A model generated the notes under the pieces. It was given only the letters and a program-made list of their open reading frames with translations. It did not search any database and was not told the DNA's origin. Shown one piece after another: positions 61,975 through 64,000 of a stretch of 64,000 bases of DNA; the first letter of the stretch is position 1; each line of letters opens with the position of its first letter. The stretch is from Candidatus Fermentibacterota bacterium. Lineage in GTDB: Bacteria; Fermentibacterota; Fermentibacteria; Fermentibacterales; JCC-6. The stretch covers positions 905,608-969,607 of the forward strand of contig CAWJQI010000005.1 of the NCBI GenBank assembly GCA_963845085.1. The letters run 5' to 3'. The position numbers and the translations under genes were made by a program.

Positions 61975-63740
61975 GGAAGGCCGGCTTCCTCGCATTCCTG
62001 CTCCCGTTCATTGCGGCATTTCTTTTTGTTGCACCGGGTGTCTACGACACCACGATGATGTCCAGACTTGCATTGTATCCCCTGCTGGGAGCTTTTGTTT
62101 TTCTCTGCGGCAGGGATGAGATCGGCCTATGGCATCTGATCGCCGGTGCGACACTGATCGTGATCCCCTCCGCAGCGCTCCTGCTGGCGCCGCATCCGCT
62201 GTCGGGCGTGCCATACGCCGTGCGCTTCCTTTCCTTCGGGCTCATGATCGCCGGATTCAGCGGGACCGTTGCGAAGTGGGGCGTGAAGCCCCACCTTGAA
62301 GGGCTGGCTGCTGCGGCTGCCCTTGTGTCGATCCTGATGGTCGTGTTCGGAGCCGATTCATTGACAGGCAACCCGAACCGCGCCGGAATGCTTCTGCCAT
62401 TGGGGCTCGTGTCCGCCCTCTCAGCCGGCAGCCGCCGGAAGGCGGTCGTTCTGTCCGCTCTCATCATTCCCGGGCTTGTCGTTTCGGAGTTCTATATCTC
62501 CTGGGCGGCGGCGCTTCTCGGAGCGGTCATCCTGCTCCTTCACAGGCGCTTTACCGTAAACCCGGCCCTGATCCCGGCAGCGATCATCCTGGCGCAGTCG
62601 GCATTCACCATGATGCCATCCTCGGCTGGAAGGATCGGTCCGACCCTCGAGCTCAGGACCCTGATCTGGCGGACTTCAGCGGAACTCTGCCGTTCATCCC
62701 TCCCGCTCGGGATGGGAACGGGGCAGGCCAGGCTGCAGGTGTATGCGGCCGGCGGAAGTGACCTGCAGGCGCTCGCCGGGGCTGACAGCCGTGTTGACTT
62801 CCTTCATTCCGAGCCGCTTACCCTTCTGACGGAGTTCGGCGTGACAGGCTTCGCAATGCTCGCCGCGTTTCTTCTGTGGCTTTTGAAGAGCAGGGAAGAA
62901 GGGTCGGCTGCAGCCCTTCTGGCGGCCTTCTGGCTCGTCTTCACCACCGATCTGCCCCTTGCAACCCCGCTTGGCGCGCTGCCGGCCGCCCTTGTGATCG
63001 GGGCATGCCTGACACCCGGCCGAAGGACCAGGGTTCCGATCGCGATCCCGCTGGTCTTCATCGCCGCCTCGATACCATGGGCGTACACGGTCCTCAGGGG
63101 GTACCATGCGCTGAACCGCCCCGATGACCCCCGAAGCGCATCGGAGGCCTGCCGGTACATCCCGTTCGAGGAAAGGGCTTTCCTTCAGGCCGGATGGGTG
63201 TGGCTTCGCGCAGGGTCGCCCCTCGAGGCCGAGGGTTTCTCGGAAAGGGCCGTTTCAGTCTATCCCCTCTACCATGGGGGATGGGAGCTTCGCGCGAGCG
63301 TTCTGGGTTCGCTCGGAAGGCCCGGGGAATCAGCTTCAGCATGGAGAAGGGCCTTCATGCTCGCCCCCGGGAACCACGGTGACAGGATGCTGTTCGCCCT
63401 TAACGGCATCCCGCTGTCGGAGAACTCCCGCGACACTCTGCTCGCCATGGGAAACGCCCTGTCGGAAGCCGTCATGTGGCGCGAGCTATACCCGTGGATC
63501 CGCAACGACAGCTACAGAGAGATAGCGCACAGGTGCCTCGTCCTTGCGCAGAACCTTCTTCCCGAAAACCCCGCGCTTTCAGGAGCTGTCTTTGCAGCGG
63601 CCGTCATCACCGGCGAGAACTGCCCGGAACCTGACAGAGCCGAGTTCCTGCTCGAGGCGTACCTCGTCTACGAGCGGTTTCGGGAGTTGGTCCCTTCAGA
63701 GCGGCGGAACAAGGTGGAAGCACTCATCGAACAACGGTGA
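61959..63740 (+). CDS. O-antigen ligase (Wzy_C)-like polytopic membrane protein with C-terminal TPR-like domain
   Basis: About 10-12 TM helices, the motif VDFLHSEPLTLLTEFGVTGF and a C-terminal helical repeat region. The start is either GTG 61959 or TTG 61971, which overlaps the upstream stop. Confidence 0.7.
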   Translation: MGGALRKAGFLAFLLPFIAAFLFVAPGVYDTTMMSRLALYPLLGAFVFLCGRDEIGLWHLIAGATLIVIPSAALLLAPHPLSGVPYAVRFLSFGLMIAGFSGTVAKWGVKPHLEGLAAAAALVSILMVVFGADSLTGNPNRAGMLLPLGLVSALSAGSRRKAVVLSALIIPGLVVSEFYISWAAALLGAVILLLHRRFTVNPALIPAAIILAQSAFTMMPSSAGRIGPTLELRTLIWRTSAELCRSSLPLGMGTGQARLQVYAAGGSDLQALAGADSRVDFLHSEPLTLLTEFGVTGFAMLAAFLLWLLKSREEGSAAALLAAFWLVFTTDLPLATPLGALPAALVIGACLTPGRRTRVPIAIPLVFIAASIPWAYTVLRGYHALNRPDDPRSASEACRYIPFEERAFLQAGWVWLRAGSPLEAEGFSERAVSVYPLYHGGWELRASVLGSLGRPGESASAWRRAFMLAPGNHGDRMLFALNGIPLSENSRDTLLAMGNALSEAVMWRELYPWIRNDSYREIAHRCLVLAQNLLPENPALSGAVFAAAVITGENCPEPDRAEFLLEAYLVYERFRELVPSERRNKVEALIEQR

Positions 63741-64000
63741 ACCTGCCGGTCGTTGAGGAACCTTCGTTTTCCGCCCTTACCAGGTACATCCCCGGTGCAA
63801 GACCCTGAAGGAGCAGGCTGTCTGTTCCCTGCGCGACGGTTCTTCCCGTGATGTCGAACACCGAGATCCTGCCACCGCCGGTTATCACGACACTGCCGCG
63901 GCTGGGGTTCGGCCCGACGGAAAGGGCCGGCGCGGGGGACACCCCGCCCTCGACACCAAGGAAGTGCATCGCGGGAACGATGGTCGGATCGCCGAGGATT
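63724..64000 (-). CDS. 3' end of a gene encoding a T9SS C-terminal sorting domain protein (truncated by the window edge)
   Basis: GPNPSRGSVVI...ISVFDITGRTVA...PGMYLVRAE...GRFTVVR matches the Por_Secre_tail pattern. The frame stays open upstream to nt 64000. Confidence 0.75.
   Translation of the reverse strand, partial: ILGDPTIVPAMHFLGVEGGVSPAPALSVGPNPSRGSVVITGGGRISVFDITGRTVAQGTDSLLLQGLAPGMYLVRAENEGSSTTGRFTVVR

Overview
GC-rich, very tightly packed bacterial chromosomal segment. I saw no rRNA, CRISPR array, transposase or integrase. I call about 60 protein genes and two tRNAs (anticodons CAU and UAC). Many genes overlap by 1-4 nt at stop/start, and GTG/TTG starts are unusually common. Most content is housekeeping operons: tilS-hpt-ftsH-folE-folP-cdaA; a PorY/PorX-like two-component pair running into tsaE-tsaB-rimI::PNP-folC; xthA; a NuoE/NuoF/GltD-fusion (HydABC/Bfu-like) flavin iron-sulfur oxidoreductase next to gdhA; GNAT - short DnaE-like polymerase - ATPase-dead LonC-like protease - pyruvyl transferase - nfo; ptb-rpiB-wecB-transglutaminase-ribD-ribE-ribBA-ribH-nusB-phosphoesterase; and lat, a class II aldolase, archaeal-type aspS, buk and a frameshifted methylmalonyl-CoA mutase. 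Two proteins carry T9SS-type C-terminal domains. Together with the PorX-like regulator, this suggests an uncultured, fermentative FCB-superphylum-like organism (inference). Best candidates for something undescribed: (1) a translationally coupled operon of three diverged paralogues of a secreted-protein family I cannot place, joined to a TSUP permease (20.8-24.2 kb); (2) a shared C-terminal tag LTRxTWGxIKAxF-COOH on two otherwise dissimilar signal-peptide proteins (25.2 kb and 59.5 kb); (3) a ~23-nt dispersed repeat GGGGACGGACTWAGA... present three times, two copies as inverted repeats flanking an AT-rich 160-bp element between a tRNA(CAU) and tilS. Also noted: several unusual domain fusions and two homopolymer-run frameshifts. 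All functional calls rest on motif recognition by eye; no database search was possible.
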